Counted from the first letter of the stretch, positions 37,032 to 61,843 are shown. The stretch is 64,000 nucleotides of DNA from Hormiphora californensis (GCA_020137815.1 CM035360.1:1612001-1676000); one strand, 5' to 3'. A program made the numbers and translations. Notes: generated by a model from the letters alone, not told the origin.

Positions 37032-38070
37032 TCAGGACTCTCTATTAGGGTTCATTTTCTCAACAACACCAATATGCTCCTGTAGTTCACTTTTCAAGTT
37101 ACACAACTCCACAGATCGAGCAATCGCTGAGCGGAAACGGGTTTGGGCGTGTTGGAGAGAGGTCGGCGAGAGGAGACCAAACCAGTTTAGAGGATCGTCA
37201 GCTAACTTTATCAGCTCTGAAATAAAGATACCGTTTATATTTTAGTTCCCTTATAATTACTTGTATACGGTTTACCCGATGGTGCGAGAAACCAATCACT
37301 CTAGCGTGGCGGCCCGCCTGGCGGGGGCCGGGGGATGGTGGGGCTATATTCCACCTGTGGCAGGCGGGACCCATTCTTTGTCTCCGAGGTCTAAGGAAAA
37401 GTTCCTCAGCCCCCGAGACTCAGAATGGGTCCCCACCACAAGTAGGAAGGAGGGGAAATAGTTTTCATTGGGAAATCCTGGATCTGGATATTACTCACCT
37501 TCCTTTTTAGCCTCTTTTTCTTCGCTTTCAGTATCTTTTTCTTTCTTATCAGCATCACTTTCCTTCTTATCATTCTCTGTGACAGCACTATTCCCATCCT
37601 TATTTTCCTTATCTTCTTTCTTCTTATTACATGTTCTCTTCCTCAATTTGGGTTTCTCAGGTTCAACATATTGTAGGAAGAGTTTGTTGTCTGTGATTGT
37701 AACCGTGGTGATAGCTCTTACTTCGTGAACCCCGCTACTTGGCAGTCGATCTGTCGTTACAGATTCAAAACCTGAAATCAAATAGTTAGAAGGCGTAGTT
37801 GCAGAAGTGGATGAGTTGCAAGAAAAGTTTGAGGCAGTGGAGAGAGAGAAAGTAACACAAGTAGTCTGCCTGTGATACAAGTTACAACGGGAACCTACCA
37901 TTGATGTAAAAAAAGAAGTGTCACACTTTGTTACCTGAACGAAGGTTTGCCTTGCTAATTAGCATGTGGCCCTCCTGGATTAGCGTACAAAACTCAGTAA
38001 GAAGGTCTTCGTAGGCAGACAATTTGTCCAGTGTTTCTAGAACTGCCTCATCATTCTTCTCACACGTCAT
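37032..38070 (-). CDS. CCDC115: V-ATPase assembly factor CCDC115/Vma22, 3 exons, 197 aa
   Basis: Exons 38070-37935, 37771-37499, 37216-37032 in frame; EGHMLISKA N-terminal helix and signature DPLNWFGLLSPTSLQHAQTRF. Confidence 0.85.
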
Positions 38071-38327
38071 CCTAATAAGTGTAGCAAATTAGCAATAGAT
38101 CGACTGCTAAACCAACACCAGTTTGCGTGACGGTATCTGATAGATAATCATAAGCACTAATCAATAACCCCAAACCAAACCAAAACAGCCAGCCCGTCTC
38201 GACAGATTGTTAGTAATGTAAATCATACATTTAATATACCACTTTCTAGTGTAAATAACGGTGTCCGTATTGATAGCCAACGCTATACGACCACACACAC
38301 TTCCTAAAATGGTTAGCAATGGATTAT

Positions 38328-39855
38328 GGAAGCCGGAAGACACCCAGGTTTTTAGTTTTTTTACTTTGGCCTACACTGCAGTCCCCCCTCACGTCAAAAA
38401 CGGGCACACTAAGGGGTCTACGTTGGTGCTACAAACCCTATTGAGAATGGGCACGGTTATAATCTGGGTGCCTTGCAGCCTGTTTACAGGTGCACGCTAT
38501 CAAAAGAGTACACTTAGACCGACTTTTTTCCAACGGCTATAGCCACGCAACCACATGGCCAATTTGAGTAAACTAAACGGCAACTGATAGAGAATCGATA
38601 GCCCTAACCGATAACCCCAAACCAAACCCTAACCAGACCCTAACGGATAGCCCTAACTCGTCGTGCGCGCTAAAACTACGAATTGTTAGCAATGAAAGGC
38701 ACCCAGATTTTAACGTTTTTCCGGCCAGCGTTAAAATCTGGGTGTTTTGGGAGTGCTGACAAACGGTTTTTTAGGGTTAGGGCTAAAGTAGGGTTAGGGT
38801 TAGGGTTGGGGTTAGGGTTGGGGTTAGGCCTTGACATTCCCTACCAGATAAACTTTGAATCAGCCAAAACGGTTGAGTGGTTTGGCGGTTAGAGCCATTT
38901 TAGTGAATCAACTTTTTTGGCAGCGCGCACCTGTAAACAGGCCTCCAAACACGGGCGCGATTATAATCTGGGTGCCTTGCAGCCTGTTTACAGGTGCGCG
39001 CTACCAAAAGAGTACACTTAGACCGACTTTTTTCAAACGGCTATAGCCACGCAACCACATGGCCAATTTGAGTAAACTAAACGGTATCTGTTAGAGAATC
39101 GATAGCCCTAACCGATAACCCCAAACCAAACCCTAACCAGACCCTAACGGATAGCCCTAACCCGTCGCGCGCGCCAAAACTACGAATTGTAAGCAATGGA
39201 AGGCACCCAGATTTTAACGTTTTCCTCCAAACACCCAGATCGCCGGCCAGCGTTAAAATCTGGGTGTTTCGTAAGTGCTGACAAACGGTTTTTTAGGGTT
39301 AGGGCTAAAGTAGGGTTAGGGTTAGGGTTGGGGTTTGGGTTGGGGTTAGGCCTTGACATTCCCTAACAGATAAACTTTGAACTAGCCAAAACGGTTGAGT
39401 GGTTCGGCGGTTAGAGCCGTTTTAGTGAATCAACTTTTTTGGTAGCGCGCACCTGTAAACAGGCCACCAAACACCCAGATCGTAACGGCGCCCCAGATCG
39501 CCCCGTTTTCCCATGCCGCGATGCACCCAGCACTGCGCGCACCTGTAACGCACGGCAGAGCATAAAGAGGGTTCTTTCGCGCGCCACAGTGCATTTTGAC
39601 ATGACCAGGGTGTCCGGTTCACCCAAAAAATTGTGTGTGCGCGCGGAGAATTTTTTTCTCGTGATCAAAAAACTTCCACCGTTTCTTTCCATTTTTCACA
39701 GGAGTTCAGAAATGCTTAAAATCGTTCAAAAGCGCCTTATAATGCCAGAAATCTTCAACCCCCGCCGGGGCTTGCAGCCCCTGGACCCTGCCTGCGGGGG
39801 CTCTGCCCCTACGCCCCTGGACCCTGCTTGTGGGGGATTTCACGCCCCCAATTAA
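38328..39855. repeat. Non-coding repeat with about 540-bp internal tandem duplication and opposed CCCTAA/TTAGGG tracts
   Basis: 38460-38940 recurs at about 38964-39462; degenerate TTAGGG runs at 38771-38828 and 39293-39350. Confidence 0.7.
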
Positions 39856-40013
39856 TGCTTTATTCTTTCGGACAGTTTTCGCTAACAAGTAACAACACAC
39901 AGTGACTGTTGTCTGTGCGTCCAGCGTCGATTTGGTTGATGGCCTATATTTTCTAATGTTTAAATACCAAAGAGATTCAAGATTTATATGCCTTTTAGCA
40001 AAATGTTACGATA

Positions 40014-50827
<10,814 letters not shown>

Positions 50828-51266
50828 TCACTTTGAGACACTCTTTGAACGCTTAATTTATGTCTGTGTGTCCGGAACCGACCGACACAAGTAAAGAACC
50901 AATCAGAACTCGTTATTTAGGTCACGTGACTGGTTATCAGCCAATCAGGGGCCAGTATTTCCTGATTCGGTCGGTTCCTGTTGTGTGTCTGTCCGTGTGT
51001 GTGTGTCTAGTGCCATTTCAAGAAATACCCCCGCCCTGTTTTATTGCCCGTATCATCATTCAACAAAGTTATACACCAGCATTCGAAGTACAAGTCGATT
51101 AGGGACTTACAAACTTTTTGTCCAACATACAGACCAAGTTCACAGCTCAGACACAAGCTAAAAGTGAGCAGGTTAAGAGAGCAGAACATTTTACAGGATT
51201 AAGATTTATTACATGATATATATATTATCTGTTGCTGTTAAAGATATTTTGTGAGTCATGAGGAAA

Positions 51267-51327
<61 letters not shown>

Positions 51328-51487
51328 GTCTGTAAGTTTGTGAGATAGTTATACGAAGTTTATAAAAAGGTTGTTGGTTTTGATTGGATGAGAATAATAT
51401 ATATCTACTGTTTTTTGGCGAGTATCAGTTGTCTATAGGATTGGTTTCCGTTCTTTCTGGACTAAGACTGATGTCTAGCCTAAAGTA

Positions 51488-52364
51488 CCGTGTGCGGCAA
51501 AAAAAATGCCCCCCCTAGACCACCATAGTTGCCGATGTGGTGGAGAGCTGTAACTTGGCAGGGTTGCTCCACTATGTCTATCTTGATCCTGACAGAAAAA
51601 TCAGAGCTCTAGCTCAAAATTCATTTTTTTGATAGGAATGAACATTGTCATTCATTCCAAGAAAAAAATATTTTCGGTCCAGAATTCAAGCAATTATCTT
51701 TGGCCATCGATTAGCTTTCCAATGTGACCAAGATCATCTAAATTGGGCAACCACAAGAGACACAGTGTCATGTTTCTTAAAGTTAGTCAGGTCATGTGAT
51801 CTTCACCGAATCGTTGATTATCCGGGATTGCTAATCGAGCCAATGGGCAGAGGAATCTCGTATCACGGCCGCTAATGAGGTATGTGTACCAATACAGGGT
51901 AATGTGATTCGAGGAAAGAGGACATTTATCAAAGAGCTACAGATCTCATGACCAATCAGCATCGTCATCCCTCATTAGTAGCCGTCATACGTGATTCTCT
52001 ACCACTTAGACCGATTCGTAATACTGAACACTCAACGATTCGGTGAAGATCACATGACCTGACTAACTTTAAGAAACATGACACTGTGTCTCTTGTGGTT
52101 GCCCAATTTAGATGATCTTGGTCACATTGGAAAGCTAATCGATGGCCAAAGATAATTGCTTGAATTCTGGACCGAAAATATTTTTTTCTTGGAATGAATG
52201 ACAATGTTCATTCCTATCAAAAAAATGAATTTTGAGCTAGAGCTCTGTTTTTTCTGTCAGGATCAAGATAGACATAGTGGAGCAACCCTGCCAAGTTACA
52301 GCTCTCCACCACATCGGCAACTATAATGGTGGTCTAGGGGGGGCATTTTTTTTGCCGCACACGG
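51488..52364. mobile_element. TA-flanked foldback element (Tc1/pogo-like ends)
   Basis: TA|CCGTGTGCGGCAAAAAAAA ... TTTTTTTTGCCGCACACGG|TA, about 330-bp near-identical arms. Confidence 0.85.
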
Positions 52365-53183
52365 TAGTATGGGACACTAACTGTGGTATTCGCAAAAATG
52401 TACGGCTCACACATGGAATAACATGTGTAATCCGTACATTATTTGTGTGTACCACGCTAGTGCCCCCTACGGTTAGTTCGGTAATGGGAAACTTGTCAAG
52501 GAAAAGTATATACATTGTATATGTATTGTACCTTCGAGCAGACAGACATATGTTTTCCCGTTAGCTGCCCAGTATTATATTCGTGTAATAGTGCTGACTT
52601 ATTGATAAAGGGTGGTATTGTTAAAGCTGTCATTTTGTAGCCCGGGTTCGGAGTGTGGTGGTGATTAATTTTTGAAAAAGTATTGGGCGATATATAAAAT
52701 CACTGTTATACCCAGCTGCCACACACCATTATTATTATTATCATGAAAATGAGGAGACAATACAAATCTGTGAAAGGTGGTCAATTTTTATTCAATAAGA
52801 TGTAAAAATGAGATGTTCATGTTGACCATCTTCTCAGCTAATTTGGTTCTTGGTTAAATATGACGAGATATAGCCCCAGTCGTTTTTGCACACATCGTAT
52901 CCGAGTTTGTCTAGTTTGCACACGACCCTTCTTCACTTTCACTCAGAAACTGAGATAATTGAAGAAGGGTCATGTGCATCTAGGAGGCAAATCCGTTTTG
53001 TTGGGGGGTATTATGTCAGCTCATTGAAATGTCTATCCGTCAAATGTGTCCTTAATTTTCATTTTGAAACCTTGAAATTGAGTTTGTTTCTATTTGTACC
53101 GGAAGGAAGGAAGGGATAAACATGGATTGGTACTGTGTCAATCTCCATGTATGATTTCTCTCCCTCCCTCTCTAAGTCTCCCA

Positions 53184-53271
<88 letters not shown>

Positions 53272-53849
53272 GCTATCTTCACGGGGGTCCTACGGATCCT
53301 GGAGAGACTGAGAGTGTGTACTGTGATGAAGCACTGCACACACAGCTTGTTACTGCTGCAGTTCTCACACAGTGACTCACAGTGTGTGTACATGAGTTCT
53401 GACTTCTGTGTCCCTTGATCACTATCAGTAACTTTTTTAGTTTTTGTACTTTTAGTAGTTCACTAGGTAGTTGTCCGTTTCCGCTGCCCGTACCGGGTAC
53501 TCAGAGATGGTCGACTGAAGTGTATTTGTCCGTCCATTTACAATCACGAACTCTGAATGGTTCAAGTTCGGTTTGTCTTTGTAAGTGCGTGTAATGTGTA
53601 TCAAGTAAATCGAGTAGTATGTTTAAACATAGGCAGTTTAGGAAAATTTCCTTCTTAAAAACTTGTCACATTAATTTGTATCGGGGGTGCTTTGATTAGG
53701 ATCGATTGAAGTGAATAAAATCGTCATCAAGCAAGATTGACGAAGTGAAAAATTCCCGCTCGACTGAGATCGAGATTCGAGAACAGATTTGTTGAGCTGT
53801 GTGTGTTACTTGTGCTAGTATGGTGGTTGCACTCTTGCACCGCTCTACA

Positions 53850-53952
<103 letters not shown>

Positions 53953-54170
53953 CTCTCTCTCTCTCTCTCTCTCTCTAGTGCTTGCTAACCAATGCAACAA
54001 TCCCTCTCTTGATCCTCTCTCTTTCTCATTCTAGCAGTGAACTCGAATTAGGCCTGCTTGTTCAAATATGATTTAGAGATAGAACTAGCGTGTGTGTGAT
54101 TTGAAAATACTACCTCGAGTGCAATTTATTAAATTCATTGTTCATTGAATATATATTTGGATTGCATCAG

Positions 54171-57100
54171 AGCTTTGAGGACAGCAGAGCACGCGATCGG
54201 TTCGATATTAATCACCTATTCATCCCGATTAATCAACTGTCTCAGTCTGATATTGCCTCTTTTATCTTTGGTGGGAGTGGGACAATTGACATGTTTGTGA
54301 AACCCGTGTCCCAAGTTTGGCATGGCAATCGACATGACAATGAAATGATCTAGCGTTTACGTGACATTTAGATTCTACGTCACTCTGTCACTCGATGTAC
54401 ATTGTACACCCATAACAACTCCCCAGCAGCACATTGTACAGGAAGCTGTTTATATAGGAGATATGAGTGAAATTTCCCACCAGACCTCTGAGGTTGCTTC
54501 CAAACCGTCTGGTGCAAGCGTCATATTGAACGAAATCATCAGGAAACACTTTAAGGTACGATTTGACTGATCATTACCGGGTATCAAGCTCTGAAAGTTA
54601 GCATTATCCCCATAATTTCTAACTCAAATGCTCACCAGTCACCATGGCCCTCATTGTCCCGTTATGTGATCTCCCATAGTTACTAATCCCTGAATTTATA
54701 TTGTTTCAAGTTGCTAATCTCCGTATTTATTTCAGGGGTTTACAGCTTGTCCACTGACCTCACCACACCGGTTCAACACCCTGACTGTGCTGGGGAAATT
54801 CGCTAAAATCTGGCACCGTCCCTATCTGAATAGGGCAAACAACCTGTGCTATGTCCTAGATAACTTGAGTAACCATATCCTGTACGCTGAGGGTCCTCTA
54901 ACCGTCTCCAAATCATCCCCGACACGGTTATTTGTGAGGTATGTTGTCCCCAAATCATCCCCGACACGGTTATTTGTGAGGTATGTTGTCTCCAAATCAT
55001 CCCCGACACGGTTATTTGTGAGGTATGTTGTCTCCAAATCATCCCGACACGGTTATTTGTGAGGTATGTTGTCTCCAAATCATCCCCGACACGGTTATTT
55101 GTGAGGTATGTTGTCTCCAAATCATCCCCGACACGATTATTTGTGAGGTATGTTGTCTCCAAATCATCCCCAACACGGTTATTTGTGAGGTATGTCGTCT
55201 CCAAATCATCCCCCACACGGTTATTTGTGAGGTATGTTGTCTCCAAATCATCCCCGACACGGTTATTTGTGAGGTATGTTGTCTCCAAATCATCCCCGAC
55301 ACGATTATTTGTGAGGTATGTCGTCTCAAAATCATCCCCGACACGGTTATTTGTGAGGTATGTTGTCTCCAAATCATCCCCAACACGGTTATTTGTGAGG
55401 TATGTTGTCTCCAAATCATCCCCGACACGGTTATTTGTGAGGTATGTTGTCTCCAAATCATCCCCGACACGGTTATTTGTGAGGTATGTTGTCTCCAAAT
55501 CATCCCCGACACGGTTATTTGTGAGGTATGTTGTCTCCAAATCATCCCCGACACGGTTATTTGTGAGGTATGTTGTCTCCAAATCATCCCCGACACGGTT
55601 ATTTGTGAGGTATGTTGTCTCCAAATCATCCCCGACACGGTTATTTGTGAGGTATGTTGTCTCCAAATCATCCCCGACACGGTTATTTGTGAGGTATGTT
55701 GTCTCCAAATCATCCCCGACACGATTATTTGTGAGGTATGTTGTCTCCAAATCATCCCCGACACGGTTATTTGTGAGGTATGTTGTCTCCAAATCATCCC
55801 CGACACGGTTATTTGTGAGGTATGTTGTCTCCAAATCATCCCCGACACGGTTATTTGTGAGGTATGTTGTCTCCAAATCATCCCCGACACGGTTATTTGT
55901 GAGGTATGTTGTCTCCAAATCATCCCCGACACGGTTATTTGTGAGGTATGTTGTCTCCAAATATCCCCGACACGGTTATTTGTGAGGTATGTTGTCTCCA
56001 AATCATCCCCGACACGGTTATTTGTGAGGTATGTTGTCTCCAAATCATCCCCGACACGGTTATTTGTGAGGTATGTTGTCTCCAAATCATCCCCGACACG
56101 GTTATTTGTGAGGTATGTTGTCTCCAAATCATCCCCAAAAAAGAACCTGATGAGAGCCAATATTGCTATCGGACCCACATGGGGATTATCCCCCAAAGTA
56201 GCGATATGGCTCTACAGACAAACCATCAGACCCCTAATAACGTACGCAGCACCCATATGGATAAATGCGATTTATAAACAACACAATGCCAAAAAACTGA
56301 GAGCGGTTCAAAGAATGGCTCTCAGAATAGCAACCGGTGCCTTCCCAAACACTGCAGGGGCCGACCTAAACATCATAACAGACACTACAGACATAATACA
56401 CCACGTAGAGAAAACTGCTACTGAAACCACTGGGCGCTTAAAAGCTAATGGGAAATGGACTAAAGAAAAAGGCATGCTAACCAACTATACCCACGCTCAT
56501 ACTTGCAAACGGGTTTTGGAAAAACTGAGCTCCAGTAACCCCATTAACAAAACAACAAAGAAACTCTTAGGAAAGACTATGAGCAAAAAAGACGGGAAAC
56601 AGGGACACTAGACTAGGAAAAAAATGCACTAACGGTATAAAAATTTGATAAAAAAACAAACTAACCAAAAGGGGGGCGGGGGCACACTCAAACTCGGAGC
56701 TTCACAGGGAATCGTATCTCGAAAACCCAAGTTTACTGACAGTCTTTCCAAGCCAAATAACAGCGTAAAAAGAGCGCAGAGGCACTTAACTAATGGGTAC
56801 AAACCCAAAACATCCCATCAATCAGACTCCAGCCGCCAGCATAAACGCACTAATAAACAGACCTCAGATTCCCTTTAAAAATTAAAAAAGCCGCGGAACT
56901 CAACCACTAACAAAAAATAGGTGAAAAAAAAATGGGGCAAAGCACTTCGGCTCCAAGGTAAAGAGCGCTGACCAACTCGCCAAAAAGGATGCAGCAAACC
57001 CAAACAATGAAACCAGACAAATACCCCTCCCACCACACATTAAAAATTCCACAAAGAAAAAAGCCAAAACAAAAACCGAAAAAAATTTTTTCAAAAAGGG

Positions 57101-58906
57101 GGGGAACACCAAGGGAAAATTTGTAAATAGTGAATCAACTGGGAAATACTAACAAAAAAGATGGGACTGTACGACAACAGCTACCCCAAAAAGATTTGGG
57201 AAATCCAACACGGCCCCATCAGTCTATCACTAAACAAAAAAAATGCAAACACCAACTTGAATGTGAAATCCCGGTAGCAAAAGAAAGAGACTAGCGGCAA
57301 AAATTCATACAAGACCTAGGCAAAAACGATAAAAAAACCACCCCCACGGTCCTCAACATCGAGAAAACAAATATACTAAAAAACCAAGAAAAGACTAGAA
57401 GAACACATCCCCCGCCTGTCGCAGTGTAAAAGAGTCAAAGATCCAAGACTCAGGACAGAAGAACCAAGAGACTGGATCCAAGACCCAGGACAGAAGAACC
57501 AAGAGTCTGGTTCTCTCTGGAGTCTAGCCTCCCGAACCCGAAGCCACCTATAATGGAACCTGTCCTGTGGTCAGTTCCTGATGGTGGGGGAGGGGAGGGG
57601 GGCTATTCTCCTAGTGCCGGCGAAATCGCTTTGCGATAGTCCCTTGGGGGCTTGCCGTTGGCAAGCCCAGGCACTCCGTAGATAGATAGAGATAGATCCC
57701 CGACACGGTTATTTGTGAGGTATGTTGTCTCCAAATCATCCCCGACACGGTTATTTGTGAGGTATGTTGTCTCCAAATCATCCCCGACACGGTTATTTGT
57801 GAGGTATGTTGTCTCCAAATCATCCCCGACACGGTTATTTGTGAGGTATGTTGTCTCCAAATCATCCCAGACACGGTTATTTGTGAGGTATGTTGTCTCC
57901 AAATCATCCCCGACACGGTTATTTGTGAGGTATGATAAGCAGACCAATTTGAATTCGATGATCTCTCAGTCCCTTGGCCCCATGGCATGGCGGGCCCCAT
58001 GCATGATGCAAATAATCTCTCTGTAGCTGTACAATTTAGACCCCAAATATCCTACTGTTTGCTCACCCTCCCTCTCAGATTCCACAACGACTGGACAGAT
58101 TTGAAGTTTGTCACTGATTTCAAAGTGATAGATCACTTTGATTACAAAACGAATAAAGTTTATCACGCCGCACTCGATTTTGGTGACGTTACCATCGCCT
58201 CCATCAACCTCGAAACACTCCAGGTACAATTCCAGGCAGGTACAACTGCAGGTACAGCAGGGGTGATCTTACATGGGACAGGTACAACTACAACAACAGG
58301 CGACATGGGGGTGATCGGAATTGTTCCTTGGAGCTTATTGCCTAAACAGACATTCCATGATATTCAGTTTGCTGTACTAGTACAATTGTATACAAACTCA
58401 ACCATTTTACATGATCGTATCAACTTTCTGATCCTCCCTCTCTCCACAGGAGCGACTGTTAACGGCCCGGTTCAGTACTGAACAGTTAGTTCCCGGTCAA
58501 GTGTACCATCTTATACACGCCATAGTGACCTCTACACACCTCAAATTCCTAGGTTTGTGGCTCACACCGCATCTTATTTCTGTGAGGGACGAGGTTTGTT
58601 GTACAACCAAGTTGTTGGAGGCTTGCTCGACCCCATATCACCGAGCCCCGGTTTAAACAAAGCAAGCAGGAGCTTCCGTGTTTTCTAGCAGGCCGCATAT
58701 GATTTTGATAAGTCTATTATCCACGCCATAGTAGTAGTTGTAGTTTGAAATGTCCTCTAGAGGACAGAGGCCTCTGTGGTTTGAAATGTTTCAATTCCAA
58801 TACTCCGTGCAGGTGATTTACAGACGGTGTTCCTGGGAGAGATTCCTGACGATGTCTATGTGACACAATACACCCAACTTCACTCACTACGAGATATTGT
58901 CTGCAG
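54171..58906 (+). CDS. Unidentified multi-exon gene (partial model)
   Basis: Phase-compatible GT-AG exons 54171-54314, 54442-54555, 54736-54938, 58079-58223, 58450-about 58593 and a further exon near 58813-58906; no family recognised, start and stop not found. Confidence 0.5.
54904..57934. repeat. 42-bp minisatellite, about 35 units, split by a LINE fragment
   Basis: Unit GTCTCCAAATCATCCCCGACACGGTTATTTGTGAG|GTATGTT; blocks 54904-56136 and 57696-57934. Confidence 0.95.
56137..57695 (+). mobile_element. Second, shorter 5'-truncated copy of the RNase H-bearing LINE
   Basis: [20 protein letters not shown]... nearly identical to the 28591-31610 copy; same 3' UTR and (TAGA)n tail; middle part degraded. 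Confidence 0.9.
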
Positions 58907-59172
58907 GTAACTCCGAATCATATTGACATTTTACATATCATATTTTCCATGCCATATTCCTTGTTGAGTAACTCAGCAAATGCATATTCCAGTTTAGTTG
59001 TTGAATACTTCAATATCAACTTTCATCAGATAATCGGATTCAATTTGTTGAGTAACTCAACAAAATTCAATGGGGATTCAATGTATTAGATTCAATGATT
59101 CATGTGATCTGTCTGGCGGCGCTTAGATCGCCGCCATCTGACATTATGACATGTTTCAGGGGTGTTACGCGG

Positions 59173-59425
59173 CGTCATACACATTTTCATTTGGAATTTT
59201 CACTTGGAATTTTCATTTGAAAACCATCCACGCGCATGCACGTGCAAGCTTCAAACACAAGTTAGAACCATGGGACCTTCACTAAAGTGATCCTTGGGTC
59301 AAAACAAATAAGTTAGTGAAGGTCCCGTGCTTCTAACTTGTGTTTGAAGCTTGCACGTGCATGCGCGTGGATGGTTTTCAAATGAAAATTCCAAATGAAA
59401 ATTCCAAATAAAAATGTGTATGACG
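59173..59425. repeat. Near-perfect palindrome, 113-bp arms with 27-nt loop
   Basis: 59173-59285 is the reverse complement of 59313-59425 with few mismatches. Confidence 0.85.
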
Positions 59426-59718
59426 ATCTGTTACGTGAAGTAGTCGCGTAGATATTCATGTAGAACAATTGTATATGGGCTCTTTATAAGAGAGAAAATT
59501 AATAAAAAAACATAGATGATACATCAGATATTCTAATCACACACTCCTTGCGTTTCTTCAATGTTCATGGGGCCTTGTACTAATCCCATCGGCGTCTATC
59601 CACCTCTTATCATTGAAGCGGCTTAGAGCACGCTTGGACAATGTTATTGTCCGGATAACGTGAGATGTTGACCGTATAGCTGTTTGACGGATACTATACT
59701 CATACGCCCCAGTAGAGT

Positions 59719-61843
59719 TTAACGCTTCAAGGTAGCGGTCGTGAGACAGCTCCTTAGCGGCAACAGCTCGTGGTACCCCACTTCATCCCTATTCTCTCTA
59801 ATAGCCTGTAACCACCTTCGACGGTAGTATTTGGGTGACACCACACCACCCACATCTAGAGGTGAGGTGAATGGCGTCATCAACCGTCGTTTATGGATAC
59901 CATGAACTCCCTCTTCTGGCTCATCAAGCTCTCTAATAACACCAAATGTACCATTAACTCTTTCAAAACCATAAGCATTTATAATACGAAACTTCTCCAC
60001 CTCGGTGCAATGATCGTACTTCCCGTAGCTCGCCTGAAGATGGGGAGCAATGTTAGAAATGAATGAATAAAATCTGAGAAAGCAAACCGATAGTGGCACG
60101 CGGAATAAAGCATGAATTGAACTTGGTAGCGTGCGACACGTGAAAATGTACAGGCGGTTTGCTGAAAATCAGACTTAACTGCAAATTACAAAACAATTAA
60201 TTTTGTTTACTGAGAAAAGAAACTAACCAGTCGGATGCGGTTGACCTTCCTTCGGCAGTAGGGACAGCTGGACGTCTCACTCCGAACCAAAAGCCATTGC
60301 AACAAACAAGGTGCACAAAAGTAATGGTTACAAATGGTAACCGCGAGCGGGGTTTCAACATTATCAATATCGTCCTGGCAAATTGCGCAAAACAAACTCA
60401 AAGGTCGGAGACCAGTGTCAGGGTGTTTGAATTGCATAATGTACGAAGAGGATAGTCGATGTTGCAACAGATCGTACTTCCCGTAGCTCGTCTGAAGATG
60501 GGGAGCAATGTTAGAAATGAATAAATAAAATCTGATTTAGAAAGCAAACCGATAGTGGCACACGGAATAAAGCATGAATTGAACTTGGTAGCGTGCGACA
60601 CGTGAAAATGTACAGGCGGTTTGCTTTATTTAAAAAAATCAGACTTAACTGCAAATTACTAAACAATTAATTTTGTTTACTGAGAAAAGAAACTAACCAG
60701 TCGGATGCAGTCGACCTTCCTTCGGCAGTAGGGACAGCTGGACGTCTCACTCCGAACCAAAAGCCATTGCAACAAACAAGGTGCACAAAAGTAATGGTTA
60801 CAAATGGTAACCGCCGGCGGGGTTTCAACATTATCAATATCGTCCTGGCAAATTCCGCATAGCAAACTCAAAGGTCGGAGACCAGTGTCAGGGTGTTTGA
60901 ATTGCATAATGTACGAAGAGGATAGTCGATGTTGCAACGATCGTACTTCCCGTAGCTCGTCTGAAGATGGGGAGCAATGTTAGAAATGAATAAATAAAAT
61001 CTGATTTAGAAAGCAAACCGATAGTGGCACGCGGAATAAATAGCATGAATTGAACTTGGTAGCGTGCGACACGTGAAAATGTGCAGGCGGTTTGCTTTAT
61101 TTAAAAAAATCAGACTTAACTGCAAATTACTAAACAATTAATTTTGTTTACTGAGAAAAGAAACTAACCAGTATGGCGGCGCATTGACGCAAATTCAAAA
61201 AAGTAAAAAACATGAAAAAAATACAAAAACATGTTTTGATTTTACTTCAAAAAGTAAAAAACATGAAAAAAATACAAAAACATGTTTCGATTTTGCGTCA
61301 ATGCGCCACGTAAGCCGGCTCAATGGCGCAAAATCATTTTTTTGAAAATTTTGATTTTGCGTTAATGCGCCACGTCGCCGGCTCAACGACGCAAAACATG
61401 TTTTCAAAAATTTTGATTTTGCGTCAATGCGCCGGCCACGTGGCGCATTGACGCAAAATCAAAATTTTCGAAAACATGATTTTGCGTCAATGCGCCGGCT
61501 AACGTGGCGCATTGACGCAAAATCAAAATTTTCGAAAACATTTTTTTTAAAACACGTCTTTTGAAACACGTTTTTTATTTTTTTTTTCATGTTTTTCATT
61601 TTTTTGAATTTGCGTCAATGCGCCGCCATAAACCAGTCGGATGCGGTCGACCTTCCTTCGGCAGTAGGGACAGTTGGACGTCTCACTTCGAACCAAAAGC
61701 CATTGCAACAAACAAGGTGCACAAAAGTAATGGTTACAAATGGTAACCGCGAGCGGGGTTTCAACATTATCAATATCGTCCTGGCAAATTCCGCATAGCA
61801 AACTCAAAGGTCGGAGACCAGTGTCAGGGTGTTTGAATTGCAT
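59719..61843 (-). CDS. C3HC4 RING-finger gene with the RING exon present in three tandem copies
   Basis: CxICQDD...CNHYFCAPC...CPYC at about 61635-61843, 60700-60905, 60230-60440; TATATATAAA upstream (61922-61913); terminal exon 60033-59719. Confidence 0.65.
61172..61630. mobile_element. 459-bp MITE inserted at the donor site of the first RING exon
   Basis: TATGGCGGCGCATTGACGCAAATTC ... GAATTTGCGTCAATGCGCCGCCATA, AACCAG duplicated on both sides. Confidence 0.85.

Noticed and set aside
38771-39350. True or interstitial telomere
   Set aside because: Only a few degenerate units in both orientations within a larger repeat.
53265-53393. B-box-like Cys/His peptide on the minus strand
   Set aside because: Short, runs into an (AG)n tract and could not be linked to other exons.
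54803-56196. Long repeat-protein ORFs (385, 528, 308 aa) or a CRISPR-like array
   Set aside because: Head-to-tail 42-bp units with no unique spacers; the ORFs exist on both strands only because the unit lacks stops in most frames.
56510-57480. Directional hypermutation of the second LINE copy
   Set aside because: Changes include many indels and A-run expansions while both flanks match the other copy closely; read error is the simpler explanation.
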